This document shows positions 38,401 to 48,918 of a DNA stretch of 64,000 bases, in pieces (position 1 is the stretch's first letter; every line of letters starts with the position of its first letter). The stretch covers positions 186,001 to 250,000 of the forward strand of contig NW_020846334.1 in the NCBI RefSeq assembly GCF_003704095.1. Reading direction: 5' to 3'. This DNA comes from Pocillopora damicornis (lineage: Eukaryota). A program made the translations under genes and the position numbers. Under the pieces are notes generated by a model. That model ran no database searches. It was given only the letters and a program-made list of their open reading frames with translations, and was not told the DNA's origin.

Positions 38401-39814
38401 CGCCTGTTTATCCGCGTAAATTTATCGACAGCATTACGTGCACCTGGATAATAACAGTTCCTGAGAGACATTTTGTCAAGCTGAGAATAAAGTCTTTCGA
38501 TTTTCGCGATTGTTCGGAGTCCATCCTCACTATTCGCGACGGCCGAAGTTCAAGGAGTGATTTACTTAAGTCTTTTTGCAGCATATCCTTTGAGAGCTCA
38601 GTGTTTTCCAGCTCTAGTCATCTTTGGGTTCAGTTCGTTGCTGTTCAAAACCGTATTGGAGCGAGCTTCTATGCTGAATTCGAGGCTGTGAATCAAGGTA
38701 GTGATTATTTACTCCCCAACATATCTACAATTTTATCATTTCATATGAATGGTACATTAACTGCGCGAGGTGAAGATATAGTTTCCGTGAAACAGGATTA
38801 AATCTGATATTCATCAATATTTGTATAATAAATGTTATTTCTTCCCTTCTTTTCAGTACCAGCCCCTTTCGCTTGCACTGCAAGTAACCAACGCGTCACT
38901 TTTACGTCAGAAACAGGAAGTCTGGCCAGCTATAACTACCCTCTTCCTTACGATGACTCTGCCGAGTGTGTTTGGATCATTCGCGTGGACAGTGATAACA
39001 ACATTAAGCTATCCTTCGACTCCTTTAATCTGTCTCAGTCCGACGAATGTTCTGAAGATTATGTGGAGGTACGTGACGGCCAGTTTGACACCAGTGATTT
39101 GGTAGGAAAGTATTGTGGATCACAGAAACCTTCAGCAATTACTTCGGATGACTGGGAGCTTCGCGTGGCGTTCAGGTCCAGCGGAAAGACGAAATATCCC
39201 GGTTTCAGGGCAACTTTTGAAACAAAAAGTGAGTGCAAATGTTTGTAGGTGTCAATGCGATGTTTTGATGCGACATTGGACGTTCCTCTCAGAAATCATC
39301 ACTTAGCTGGGAGGGGATGCCCAATTAGACTTGGACAGGGTTTTGAAACCTTGGCGAGCAGCATCAGAAAGGCAATCAACAACAGTAGCTATAGAGGGTC
39401 AGTTATTGTGCTACTTTTTGAAACATTGGCTAATTTACGTAACTGCTGATCAAAATAAACATTAGAACAACAAACTTAATTTCCACTTTTGAAAGGGGAC
39501 ACAATCTTCTCCATTCTGTAACACTCTAGTTCCCGTTTTTTTTATTCTTGTCTCTTTGGTGTTTGTCGACCCTGGCTAACTTGTACAAGGAACAAAGTAA
39601 ACTTTGATTATTTTCTCCCCATGCAGAGTCAACTGGAGCCATTTTAAAAATCGTGGGAATTTGCGTCGGTGCACTGGCAGCTGTATTTGGAATCACTGGA
39701 GCCTGCATAAAGTACGGCAGCTGCTGCAAGAGCGATGAAGATAGAGTTGTTCAAGGAACTTTTGACGACAAGGTAGAAGGTGTCCCTTTACAGGAAGAAT
39801 CTTCTAAAGTATAG
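26485..39814 (+). CDS. Gene C: type I membrane protein, signal peptide + 7 CUB domains + TM + short tail, 942 aa as modelled
   Basis: Exons: 26485-26500, 28790-28825 (MLFFCGLCVLLKALTAE), 34079-34444, 35373-35723, 36203-36580, 37421-38170 (two CUBs, 750 nt), 38326-38697, 38857-39228, 39627-39814 (TM ILKIVGICVGALAAVFGITGACI; ends SSKV*). Total 2829 nt, open frame. Linking the first two exons crosses an N-gap. Confidence 0.82.
27905..28340. mobile_element. Two adjacent TTAA-type MITEs
   Basis: ccctttatctccc...gggagttacagggttaa and ttaaccctatacaacc...ggggtcaaagggtcaa. Confidence 0.6.
28609..28752. repeat. Long imperfect hairpin (MITE-like) immediately upstream of gene C exon 2
   Basis: cttattaaacattttggtg...agtattttta...ttttgac pairs with gtcaaaa...taaaaatact...caccaaatttttaatagg. 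Confidence 0.6.
30580..30715 (+). mobile_element. tRNA-derived SINE fragment
   Basis: A-box-like tacctcaattgg and B-box-like ggctcgagtccc followed by a non-tRNA body. Confidence 0.5.
31305..32069 (+). CDS. Intronless uncharacterised protein (~254 aa): N-terminal helical/coiled-coil-like region, Ser/Arg/Lys-rich middle, C-terminal DLRYLR motif
   Basis: Open frame 31188-32069 in AT-rich DNA; first ATG at 31305 (MELRRQQSDL...). Protein-like composition. ATTAAA at 32112-32117 downstream. Confidence 0.7.
   Translation: MELRRQQSDLTDTAKRALATNRGQLECLKSTYGLLESEYKNKCCNLNAEQARFLRFMKTKLPAIKVSTDESELPKPKFLTTTDSPHIGNRSTVTLPVLLDRRRRSKSFSDLSEALNLNELESPRDKTTGRQKSCENLYNEKLGESRINANTTLSRSWTALDSSSNLPAKRRTEKQLGQPFGSAANKTSFKNFVEPSRKISSPARLVPLDINRVHETRKSTSKKPIEKQLGDVKDLRYLRSGKYTTEDDVSEETI
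32981..33092 (-). mobile_element. Penelope-type pLTR fragment, second family, with degenerate hammerhead-like core
   Basis: The minus strand reads ctggtgatgacttccgctcaggttgtcGAAAcgtcagt; homologous to 43318-43411. Confidence 0.6.
36581..37096 (+). repeat. Degenerate (CAGT)n low-complexity tract in a gene C intron
   Basis: Many imperfect agtc/cagt units. Confidence 0.7.
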
Positions 39815-41417
39815 CTGCAACTGTTATCGTCAAAGAAGTTGTGACATTCCCATTGGGGTCGCAATATTCTCGAAAGGATTTTAATTACCCTTATTTCCTT
39901 ACTTCCTTGCGTTTAACTCTTCTCTCACCTGAGGGCCAATGTTCCTTTAAAGCTTCTCTGATTCTAGAGGTTGTTTCATTCATCCATAGGCCACAAGAAC
40001 ACTATGTGTCAATTGATTTGGTCGACATATTGTGACTGTCGAATGGCTGCCTGATATTAATGTCTTGCAAAGGCGTCAACAGCCTTGCAGACACTTGAAA
40101 ATGCTGAAGAAATCCTCGCTAAAACTTGGTTACAACAGCAATCTTCCCGCTCTCAATCACCGCAGTGAGAGAGAAAAAAAATAACTTACAAAGAACTCGA
40201 AAATACCTCTCATGTAACTGGGCTCCTAGTCTGCACATTTTTAAGGTACATTCTTATTTTTTGCACCAGAAAACTCCAGCAAATATTAGTTTGAGATATT
40301 TATTTAGGAAAAAATCTCCTTCCAAAAGGTGATATCAAGTGATTCACTGGAGATTGTGTGATATCAGGAGAGTAGACATGACTTCTGATTCGCTACTTGC
40401 AAATTTGAATCACCTAAGTAGGAATAACATACGATACTTAACAAGAATAAACTAACCCTATGGTCTCAAATTAAATTTTTGATTGTTGATCTATGCGATG
40501 AAAACAACATCTTAAAAGTGCAACAACGTCAAAGTGCTAAAAAGGCACAGCTAAGTATGTCACTGATGTTCCTACCATATTATGACGTCTACGGTGATCT
40601 ATTAGAGAGATTTAGCGACGCGTCTGCGTGAAACGGCAAACGTCAGCTTTCCCTTTCACGTAAAATAGCGTGAACTATACTACTTTAGCTTCGCGTGAGC
40701 TCACGTCACTTCGGAATGGACTGGCACTAGTAAACACTAGCAATTTGCAACATTTGCAAAATGGCGGCTGAAAGACGGTAAGTACAATGTCTAATTGTTA
40801 CAAATTTACAAATCGCAAACTTTAAAATGGCTTTTCCTCTTTTTGTAATCTTATTTGAAATATAAGTTTGCTCATTTATCTTAATCTCGTTTACAGGCGA
40901 CAAGTTTGTAAACAACTTGAGCTTATGATAGGGGGGTGGGGGGAGGGTTCTGTAGAAAACTGACTGAAAATTAACTGTCAATGAAAATGAAAGTTTACCG
41001 AGACACAACAAAATCCTCCGCCGCCACCACGCACACACACACAAGCGCTAAATAACGACCAGTTTTTAGTAATTTTATTAGTCTGCCTTCTCTTACTGTA
41101 AGGAGACCCTTAGTTCTTTACTAAACAACAAAAAGTTTCGTAGGAGAACAACTTGATACCGCAGAAGCCAATTGAGAGAGAATATTGGGAAGAAGGTTGT
41201 GTTTATAGATATAACACCGGTGAAGACGTCATTGAAGCATTTTAACATCGATGTTGGTCCTTATTCATCAAATTCTAAAATAAACTTGCGTTAAAACTGA
41301 GAAGGCGTAGAGTCCAAAGCATCCTATTATTGAAGAGGCCAATTGAAATCCTGAAGCAAAAAGGCAGATTTTAGAATTACGTAGGTCGGGATTTACCCGT
41401 CGGGATTATTGATGGAG

Positions 41418-44400
41418 CTATATCATTACAGGGGAACCCAGGGATATGACGGCCGTTGATGCGAGGAACATAACGATCTTGAACTCAATAACGCCAAATG
41501 GAGCTCGGTCTCTCAGAAGCATAACTTGATTCACATAAGTCGCGGCTTTCAAGACAAAGACTTACTTGAAACAACAAATTAGAGCTCAGGTGTAAAGGGC
41601 GCAGGCCATAAATCCGAGCGGAAAAAACAAAGTTCTGTAACTTATAGTATGATATTAAATATATAATTTTATCGCTGCGTTCAACTTAAGCTGAGGGGGG
41701 GAGACTTTAATTCTGATAATCTTTTGGATTCGGCTGGCCGTTCAGTAAAAAACGGCTTAGCTTGGCGAACGATCTTACGAAACGAACTTGTGATTCTAAC
41801 AGCTCAAGCTTGCATTTAGAAACCAAGAATTAATGATTCAAATTATCATGACGCTTGCTTTAGTACACTCCTGATCCTCGCTCTTTCTGCAATCCGACCC
41901 ATTCGAGAAATGTCGAATTTGAAAGATGGCGTCTACGTTGAGACACTTTTAAGATGAAAATCATATTACAACACGACCTCGCCCTGGTGTGGGAGGCCCG
42001 CTGGCCAAATTATTTGTGCGCTGGCCGGCTCAGTGTGTTGTGTTTTTAGGCAAGACACTTCATTCTTACCGTGCCTCTCCCCACCCGGATGTATTAACCC
42101 TTTATCTCCCATGAGTGACAAAGACAGAATTTCTCCTTACAATATAAACACAATATCAAGCAGACGAGTGATGAGAATATAGAAAAATATGAACTAGGGG
42201 ATTTTTGGTTAATCCAATACCAAATTCTCTAAACTAACATCATAAGAACTATATGGCAGACAGTAAGGAGAATTACTAATGAGATCTTGGGAGTTAAAGA
42301 GTTAACGGGTAAAGGGAAGCCTAATGAAAAGCGTTGGGGGGGAGGAGAGAGTAACCTTGCGTTAGACAAGGATCCCATCCAGGGGGGAGTGGTGATACTC
42401 CTAGTCCAGCGCTTCATGCCATAGAAACCTGGACAAGCCTTGGCTGGATGGGCCACTCGGCCCGAGTACGGACCTAACCTTCCTTAGTTTATTTCGCTCT
42501 TGTACTCACCGCCGGAAAGTTTTACACAAATAAATACCTTCGTTGATCTCTAAATTCTTACCTCTATTAACAGCCTCATATTTTATGACAAATCCTTTCT
42601 CGCGTCCTTGAGAATTGGAAACAAATCGCACGTCAACTTCTTCACCGGCCGACGTGGTGTCCGGAAAATTTCCGCAGTATTTACTCCTTGAGCGGGTATC
42701 GTCTGCAGTGACGTCACTAACTTCAACAAAGTCTGCGCCGCAAGGTTTTGCCAACTCAAATTTATCAAATTTCAGATTCACTCTCTTTCCTTCAGGGGCC
42801 TGAAGTTTCCAAGTGCAGTCCATGTTGTTAGGATACAGTCCGGGTATCCACGGGGAAGAAATGGTACCTGGAACAGAAGCGTTGATTATTTGGTCTTTTC
42901 CTCCAGTGCAGTGGTCGGTAATCTGGCCTTTAACTGCAAAACATCAAAAAGATAACTCAATTAAGGACCAGTTATGATTTAGCGATGAGGAGGGGAAGGT
43001 GGAGGATTTTGGGGAGAATCACATGGTTTTCAGGGGGGAACGGAGGGGAGATCAGTCGTCGTCAACAGAGTCCAAGTGGAGGACTATAGAAAACTGACCG
43101 GGGGAATCATAAGAATATCCATAGAGTCTTGGGGGAGGGGAGGGGAGGGGGGAATAAGGTAAATTTTATCGTGTTACATCCAAAATTCTCCAACTCCTTC
43201 CCCCCTGTGCGAAAAAAATTGACCAGGACTGCGAAAAAGGCACACACCCTGTCATTCGGGCGAGAGCAGTTTGAAGGCGACTGTTGACTGTTGTCAAGTT
43301 TCAACAGTTGATATATTCACTCTGATGAAGAATTTCGCTCAGGTTGTCGAAACGTGAGCCACAATCACCAATAACAGTCCCAATCAGGACTTCTCCGCGC
43401 TCGATCAGACTGCATAATCAATCTTTACTCTAAGGTGAAAACATTTATGGTGAAACATTTCTGATAAAGAGATTTGAACTCACGTTAACTGAGCCGCGAG
43501 GAAGAAATGAATACAGGCAAAATAATTACCTTTAATAAAGTCGTTGGACTCAAGGAATTGTTTGAAAATAAAGAGACCTTCACGGATTGGAAATTTTTAG
43601 TTGAGAAAAAAAAAATCAAGGTAGTCATAATAACACCAAGACATAAAAGATACGTTAAGACAGAATCAAAAGTTAATGGTATAGGATGCAGAAGCTTGTT
43701 TTCGTTGGCTCTTGAAAATTTTAATTTCTTATCAATAAAATATCAAAGCTCGTTTCTCTTCAAATATCTTTAGGAAACTGCTTTTTAAATCGTTGATATT
43801 TGCCCTAAATTCCTGTCTCGAGCGTTCACCTTTTGTCAGAGCGAATGACGAAAGGCTAACGCTCGAAATGTCAGCTCAACAAACTCTTTGTGGTGCCTGA
43901 TTTACACTATCAACTCAGTTGATGGAACCAAATTATCTTATAATACCTCATCGACGCAGCACCGCAGTCTTATGTTAAAAACTTACCCCCTTTATTCAAA
44001 TTATGAAAGTTTCGTCGCCCCTCACTGACGAGTGGAATACTTACAAGGTAGTGATTCGAAAGTAGCATTGAAGCCATTTTCTGCCGAGGCAAATGATCCA
44101 TCAGATTTGAATGACACCCACAATTTTCGACCGCGGAAGACTGGTAGTTCACGCTCACCACAAAACTGACCTAACAGCTGGCCATTTTGATCGCCATCTC
44201 GAATGACAACTTTATCGTCGGGGCACTGGGTTTGAAACACACGGAAGACCAATGTCATGAAGTGGCCGGCTGGGGCCTGGAGAGTCCACGAACATTCTCT
44301 GTTTGGCGGATACTTTCCTGGAAACGTCGGGGAAGTGAGGTACCCCCGTGTGAAAAGTGGGGGAATTGTTTTTCCTTGGGTGCATTTGGCGATCTCAACT

Positions 44401-45971
44401 AGGAGAGATATTCAAGCCTCTAGTTAACCCTAAGAGAGACTTATATCCAAATTCTCCTCACATTATCACCCCTGAATCAAACATGAAAGCCTGGGAATAA
44501 ATGCAATTATTAACAACTAAAGAAGCTGTTGTTGTTACCAAATTCTCCTTGTTAGCACCTCAGGAAATTTATGAAGAACAGTTTGGAGAATATGCATTCT
44601 GATGTTAGGGTGTAAAGGATTAAAGGCGTTTGAATTTTCTGTGAAGAGCAGAGAAAAACTAAAAACTTCAAAATATGAAAAAGGTTTTCAACTCAAAGCC
44701 AGGGTTGTACTTTAACCCTACTGTTTGTTTCTTTGAGGAGAAAATTTTAAATAAAATCGAGAAGTCCATAAAGTCCCTCAGGAGCCATGGAACCTCCGAG
44801 ATAATGTAAAATCGATGATCACTTATACAGTCAGCATTAATATTTACGAATTTCTGGTGATTGCATTGTGCGCACCAATGACTCAATTATTCTTTCAATT
44901 TCGTCATTCGTTTGTTTTGCTTTCTTGTTCTGACTTTTTTAATTGGCTCGTTTGGTTTTTTCTTTCTACTCAGATCAGTGAGAAAGTTACTTTTCGATTC
45001 TAAGAAAGCGATTATTCAACAACCCAGGTTTTCGAGTTATCACCATGCGCACTTATCACTCGGTAACTTGTGCAGCGTTAATGTGCGCATATGATGAATC
45101 AAATATGTTAATTTTTACACCACACGAACATATTTTATGCAGAGACAAATCACCTGGCACTTAAATATAAAGCGCTGTTCGACTAGGTGTCACAAAAAAA
45201 AAGTACCAATGGGAACGTTAAGTGAAAACAACCAAATTGCCTAAAGCGCTGAGAAACGCGGGCGACCAAGTCGTGATTGGTCTAAAATTTGTATCTGATT
45301 GGTCGAGAAAGTGGCGCGAGTTTTCTGGACAAATCACAGTGCGAAGTAATGCAAACCAAAACAATACCTGATTACTTTCGACGTTCAATTGAAAATTATT
45401 CTATTTAGAAGTACCTTCATCAATAACTCTGTAAGATCCACTGAATCCATCAAAGGGATCTTTTTCATTGGAAACGAAGAAAAAGTAGAGTGAATTTTCC
45501 GAAGAAATAATTGGAGCTGGCTTGTTTGATCCACAGAACTTGCCGATCAACGGACTCTCCCCGCTTGATCCGTCTCTGACAGCAATGTAATCACTCCCAC
45601 ATTGCGGAAATGCACCCTCTAATTGAAAGGAATCGAAGGACAACTCAATCCTATAGCCCTCTGGGGCCTTAAACAGGTAGGTGCAGTTGAGATTCACAAT
45701 GTATCGGCTCGGATAAGAGGGGCTTTGGAAGATCATTGATGAGCCATTTGCGTTGAATGTGATATTGCTCTTAAAACGGCTGCAACTCTTTCGTTGTGCT
45801 AGAGATGGAAAACGGAAATGAATTATCAGATACTCAAGGTGCTGTACATAATTGATAAGAAACGGCTTTGAAAAAGACAACTTTATGGTAGTTCATAAAC
45901 CTGCACTTACCTGAAGAACTTGTTGTTTGCAAGATTACAATGAAAGCTGTGTGAAAAAATAATAAACACAT
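41418..45971 (-). CDS. Gene D: secreted or GPI-anchored protein with 3 CUB domains
   Basis: Exons: 45971-45911 (signal MCLLFFHTAFIVILQTTSSS), 45798-45415, 44398-44045, 42933-42562 (each one CUB, phase 1). Tentative last exon 41545-41418 encodes a hydrophobic C-terminus; its acceptor is weak and uncertain. Confidence 0.75.
41988..42482 (+). mobile_element. SINE interrupted by a TTAA MITE (42094-42305)
   Basis: The SINE body ...ggcaagacact...gtgcctctccccacccggatgta resumes after the MITE as cgggta...aaccttgcgttagacaaggatcccatccaggggg; TTAA is present on both sides of the MITE. Confidence 0.65.
43318..43411 (+). mobile_element. Penelope-type pLTR fragment with hammerhead-like core (CTGATGA...GAAAC)
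   Basis: CTGATGA at 43322-43328 and GAAAC at 43349-43353; homologous to 32981-33092. Confidence 0.6.
43816..43992 (+). mobile_element. Penelope-like pLTR remnant (short inverted piece + direct copy)
   Basis: tgacgaaaggctaacgctcgaaatgtcagc, preceded by its imperfect reverse complement; the 3' part matches 19280-19390 and 9500-9616. Confidence 0.65.
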
Positions 45972-48918
45972 TCCATTTCTAGAGCAAAACAAAATTCTTA
46001 CTCGTTATTTTAGAGAGTAGATCAGTAGGTTAGTATAGCCAATATGAGTTTAGATTCAAGTTGAAAGTATACAACATGCTGCTGAAACCATGTTATTTTT
46101 TATATCCAAAAGCGATGTTCGAAGTTGTGACACTGACTGCGGTTTTAGCTCTCAGAGAGCATCCAACCTTTCGAAATTTGCCTTCAAAAGCGCCTGAATT
46201 TCGTTGACAGACGCCGCCATATTGAATCTTGCTAAACGGCCTGGCTACTTATCCGTGACGAAATAGTCTCGATCCTCTTTCTTCCGTCTAAAGAGAAATT
46301 TTTCGAACAATTGTCAGCCTTGCAAAAAGGCATGTCTGATCAAGATTATAAATTTTTGTTTGTTCTTTTTCTCTTTTACATCAAGCAGTTGATTTCAAAA
46401 TGGCGGCCTCCAAAGTTAAATTTTTCGCACAGCCAGGTAGGTTACTCTTGGCGATCTTAACACGCGGTAAACATCAAATTCTTATCAATAACGTGTAATG
46501 AAGGCGATGAAGAAAGGATGATAATTTGCATATTCAGTGAATTAGACGGTAAGGGTTCTGCTGGTACTTATTGGAGAAGTCCGCCAACTTTCGCCACTTA
46601 ACACCTCACCTCTTTCCCAACTACAAAATTAAAATAAGTACTCATTTATCTAAATGTACTTTCCTTGCCCAAACAACAATGGAAAGGAAAGACAAGTGAA
46701 ATTAGTCGAGTGAATATTCAAACCGGAATTTGGCTATCTATTAGTATGAATTTGTTAATGTCGCACATTTCAGGGTAAAATTTAATTGAAAACCTTTTTG
46801 TTTTACAGTATTTTATGACGTCAATTTAGCACTTCCACGAAATATTTATTTTTACCAAGTGTTGCACAACTTCAAAGTTTTCGCGGAAGTGCGTACAATT
46901 ACCCCCATGGCTTTTTCGAGTGAAAAATATAATGAGAACCTTGACGACAACACTCGAAGATATTAAACTGATTAAACCGCGACATGAAAGAAACCGAAAA
47001 ACCTCTTTGGGTCTTAATAAAACGTGGATATAACTGTATTCTCTCGATTGCAGTTAAATTGCTTATAGAAATTACTACGAAATTACTCATTCAATAGGTG
47101 AAGAAATTGCTTATCGATAGCAAAGCGTTAATGAATTCAAAGTGGGAAATCGTAAATCGAATGTGTCGGTGAAAAAGGATTGCCAATCTTCTGCTAATCG
47201 AAATCTGGAACGAAGCTGGAACGTACTATTTTTAACTGGAGTGAATAACAACTAAGCTTGCCGGAATCTTCACAAATGTTGACTGCTTCTTCTGTGTATT
47301 AGCCGAGGGAACTGGCCCATATTCTGAAAAGTTTCGGTAAAGATTTCTCTTCTTGCTCAACCAGTTTTAAAAGTTTTAGAACAGGCCTTGGGTATCAGGG
47401 TATTTATATTCTGTACTTTACGTCGATATATTAAGACTGTGACTTGTGTGATTGTTTACACTTTGGCCACGGTCAAACAAGTAGCAATCCTGTGTTGTAC
47501 GCAGAGCACTACGGTGTCCAATGTAATAATAAAGCACTCACCGCATAAAGAGGCCAGGAAATTTACAACTGTTTTGGTTTTCATCGTTGGGCAAACAACG
47601 ATAGGATCACGGTTTCAATCAGGAGCTTCTCAAAATATCAATCACGCATCTTTAGTATTAACGCGTTCCGCGTCATCAATTTTTCAAGCACTCGGTGCGT
47701 GTTTTACATATTTTGAATAATCTTTTTGTTCGTGTTCCGTATATTTGACGCTTATTAAGATCACTAAAGCCACTTCAGTTCTATTGTTAGTTCATTACAA
47801 AATAACAACATAACCAGTAAACTTGCGTTGCTTTGTACCCCTATTGTTAAAAGAAAAGCGACTCGATTGTAGTAAATAACTTTCTTCTAAAAGCTCTCCC
47901 CAGGAGGGAGGGGAAGGGGGGACCTCTCATTTGCAGAGAATGCGATATAGTTTATAAATATAAAATATACAAAAGGCGCCAAAGAATATTTAAAAGATAA
48001 AGCTCGCTATAGACTATGTTATCTTGTGTAAAAAGTTCAATAATCTTTTTAAGGACCTCTTTAAGGAGGACCCAACTCTCTTTTCCCCGACCAAAACGCT
48101 AAGCCATCGCGCAATTTAATTTAGGTAGAACAAACATCTGATGCGGTTTTGACGACTTCGTCCAGCGCGTGACAGCTTCGTCTTTTGACGGATTTCCGTG
48201 CATTCATACTAATATATTTAATGTCTCCGCTACCCTCCCACGCGGCCAGCTCAGTGCGCCGGCTAAAAACATGCAATTATCCATTTATTTTTTTCAGTGA
48301 GATTCTTTAAAACTACATTGTCTGGATCGGGAGAGAAAAATTTGCTTTATTATAATGAATAATAATATGCAACTATCTGCGAGCCGCTTTGGATAGTGCG
48401 ACTCCCGTATCATATATATTTACAGAAAATATTTACAACAAAATATGCAACCAATTTCAGGTTATTCAAACTACAAATGTACTCATTTGTCGTTTCAGGG
48501 TAAGCCAGTCCTTTTATGAGTGCGAGTTATTTTGAGAGGAAAATTTTCCCTCAGTTTCAAATACTGGTTTTTGGCAGTTCACACCTCCTGTTTGATTCAA
48601 GATAAGCGCGCGGTATTTTGGTGCAGACAGATTTAAAAATGTCTCAATCGTTATCTGCATCGAAGAACGATATTCCTTTGTACGAGATCGTTTGCATTAA
48701 CCATAATCAAGAAAGTCTTTATGAGTGTTCTTTGCGCTCCAGCCAGAAGAAATTAAGCGTTGTTTGGATGGGAAAGATTTGTGCTCCTGAACCCACTAAC
48801 TGAGCGTATTACTAATTGCTTGCAAGATATATAATCCTAAATTTTTTAACCTGCTTGTGGCATTGGGAAGCCGACCGTAATTTGTTATTGGCGATTTTTA
48901 ATTGGTCCGCTTTATCGT

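Noticed and set aside
46213-46442. ATGGCGGCC...CCAG|gtaggt as the first exon of a plus-strand gene
   Set aside because: The ATG lies in one arm of an inverted repeat (gccgccatattgaa / ttcaaaatggcggc) and no downstream exons were found.
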